A stretch of DNA of 63,699 nt, counting the filler, from Bigelowiella natans CCMP2755 (taxonomy: Eukaryota > Protista > Cercozoa): the NCBI GenBank assembly GCA_000320545.1. It is 8 parts of 8 records of this genome, joined end to end, with 100 filler letters (N's around TTAATTAATTAA, not from the genome) between each part and the next. Parts side by side here need not be neighbours in the genome. Positions count along the whole stretch, not along the records: positions 61,519 to 63,699 come from ADNK01000105.1; 7 more parts are not named here. One strand, given 5' to 3'. The position numbers and the translations under genes were made by a program. Positions within the stretch are counted from its first letter, which is position 1. Each line of letters starts with the position of its first letter. Positions 62,326 through 63,699 of this stretch are shown here, piece after piece. Below the pieces are notes generated by a model, which saw only the letters and a list, made by a program, of their open reading frames with translations, did not search any database and was not told the DNA's origin.

Positions 62326-62366
<41 letters not shown>

Positions 62367-63186
62367 ACTCCTTTCGTCCCCACTCCCTGCCCCCCCACCC
62401 TCCTCCCAGATTATCATCACCATCGCTACCGACTACAGCAATGATAATAGCAGCAGCAACGGCAATAACAACATTAATAACAGTAACAGCCAATAACATC
62501 CTCACACAGGAACATCATCATCATCAACAACAACAACAACAACAGCATGCATATGCTACTAAATAAATGATGTGGTTTCCTTTTTTCCTCCAACAAACCT
62601 GTGCTTCATCTGCCTATCCTCCTCCTCCACGTCCTGGTCGCCTCCCCTATTTACCTAAGAAGAACAAATTCAATGAAGACGCGCGCACACAAACACACGC
62701 GCCTTACAGGAGCGGAAACAATGATATCGTTCTTAATGACTTCGCTGCAGAAATCAATTTAATTAATTAAAACAGGGGAAGGAACGATTAGCAAGTAAAA
62801 ACACGTACACACGCACACACGCACACACACCTCAAGGCCCATATTTGGGGCTGTGTTGACTTCGCAAACCTTCAAACACAACGGAGAGGAGTCGCAGGGA
62901 AGAGAAGGTGATAGATCAGTCGGATGCACGCAAATACGCCTACGCGTGTACGTAACCCACACAACGTCGAGTTTGACGAGCGGAAATGCATTTACCCGTC
63001 TCAAAACCCACCAGTGATGACGCTGACACGGTGTCATCACTCGCAAGCTGATTCTGTTCCTATTGCTACATGGTGCTTTTCATAGAGGGAGAATGTTGTA
63101 ATAATATGCTGCCTTCTCACCCAGGGTTTCCCACTCTCATCCAGCAAAACATCGAACCCAAGCACCTATTTGAGGCATGTCGTGTC

Positions 63187-63262
<76 letters not shown>

Positions 63263-63344
63263 CCCCAACGCACATCGCGCATAAATTGTCTGACTGCATG
63301 CCAGACTGCAAGATCCGGTTTCAACTCATGACAACGATGCAATG

Positions 63345-63375
<31 letters not shown>

Positions 63376-63636
63376 AATGATGCCGATGATGATGATGCCG
63401 ATGATATGAGCGGTGGCCAAACAACCAATCGATCTGAACCTTTTGACAAAAGGGAAATCTCGTCTGTCTATTGATGCACTACCTCATACACCGAGCTGTC
63501 ACGTGAGATTTGCTTTCTCTCCTCCTGTTGCATAATTGACAGCAAGATTGAGCCTCTGCATATTTTTAGTCTCACCGTCGTGCTCTTTCTTGGTGATGTG
63601 TATATTGCGTGTGGTACATGCGGAAATATTTATGAA

Positions 63637-63680
<44 letters not shown>

Positions 63681-63699
63681 CTTTTATTTATTTATTTAT

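Overview
Intron-rich, microsatellite-rich eukaryotic nuclear DNA with seven 100-nt assembly gaps that carry a TTAATTAATTAA linker. Short introns, signal-peptide-bearing nuclear proteins and an endogenous virophage suggest the chlorarachniophyte Bigelowiella natans; this is inference only. Host genes recognised: a 2x DUF5522-like + cob(I)alamin adenosyltransferase fusion, an Erv1/ALR sulfhydryl oxidase, a cyclin, a PX-domain protein, a disrupted CHAT-STAND-STAND-TPR (NLR-like) gene, PABPN1 with a signal peptide, a WCGHC thioredoxin/PDI, a split VPS9+PDZ protein and a secreted protein. From about 47.6 kb to the gap at 61.4 kb lies an AT-rich, intron-less provirophage encoding an rve integrase, major and minor capsid proteins, a broken cysteine protease, an RNR small subunit and a SAM-Kelch protein. 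It carries a TCT[A/C] promoter motif and 3' hairpins. The most unusual signal is three discrete patches (about 17.7-18.3, 26.0-29.4 and 47.8-49.5 kb) from which TpA has been almost erased and replaced by TpG or CpA. Repeat-copy comparisons point to TpA-specific A:T->G:C hypermutation, the mirror image of fungal RIP. It hits an NLR-like gene and the end of the provirophage, and often spares CTAG.
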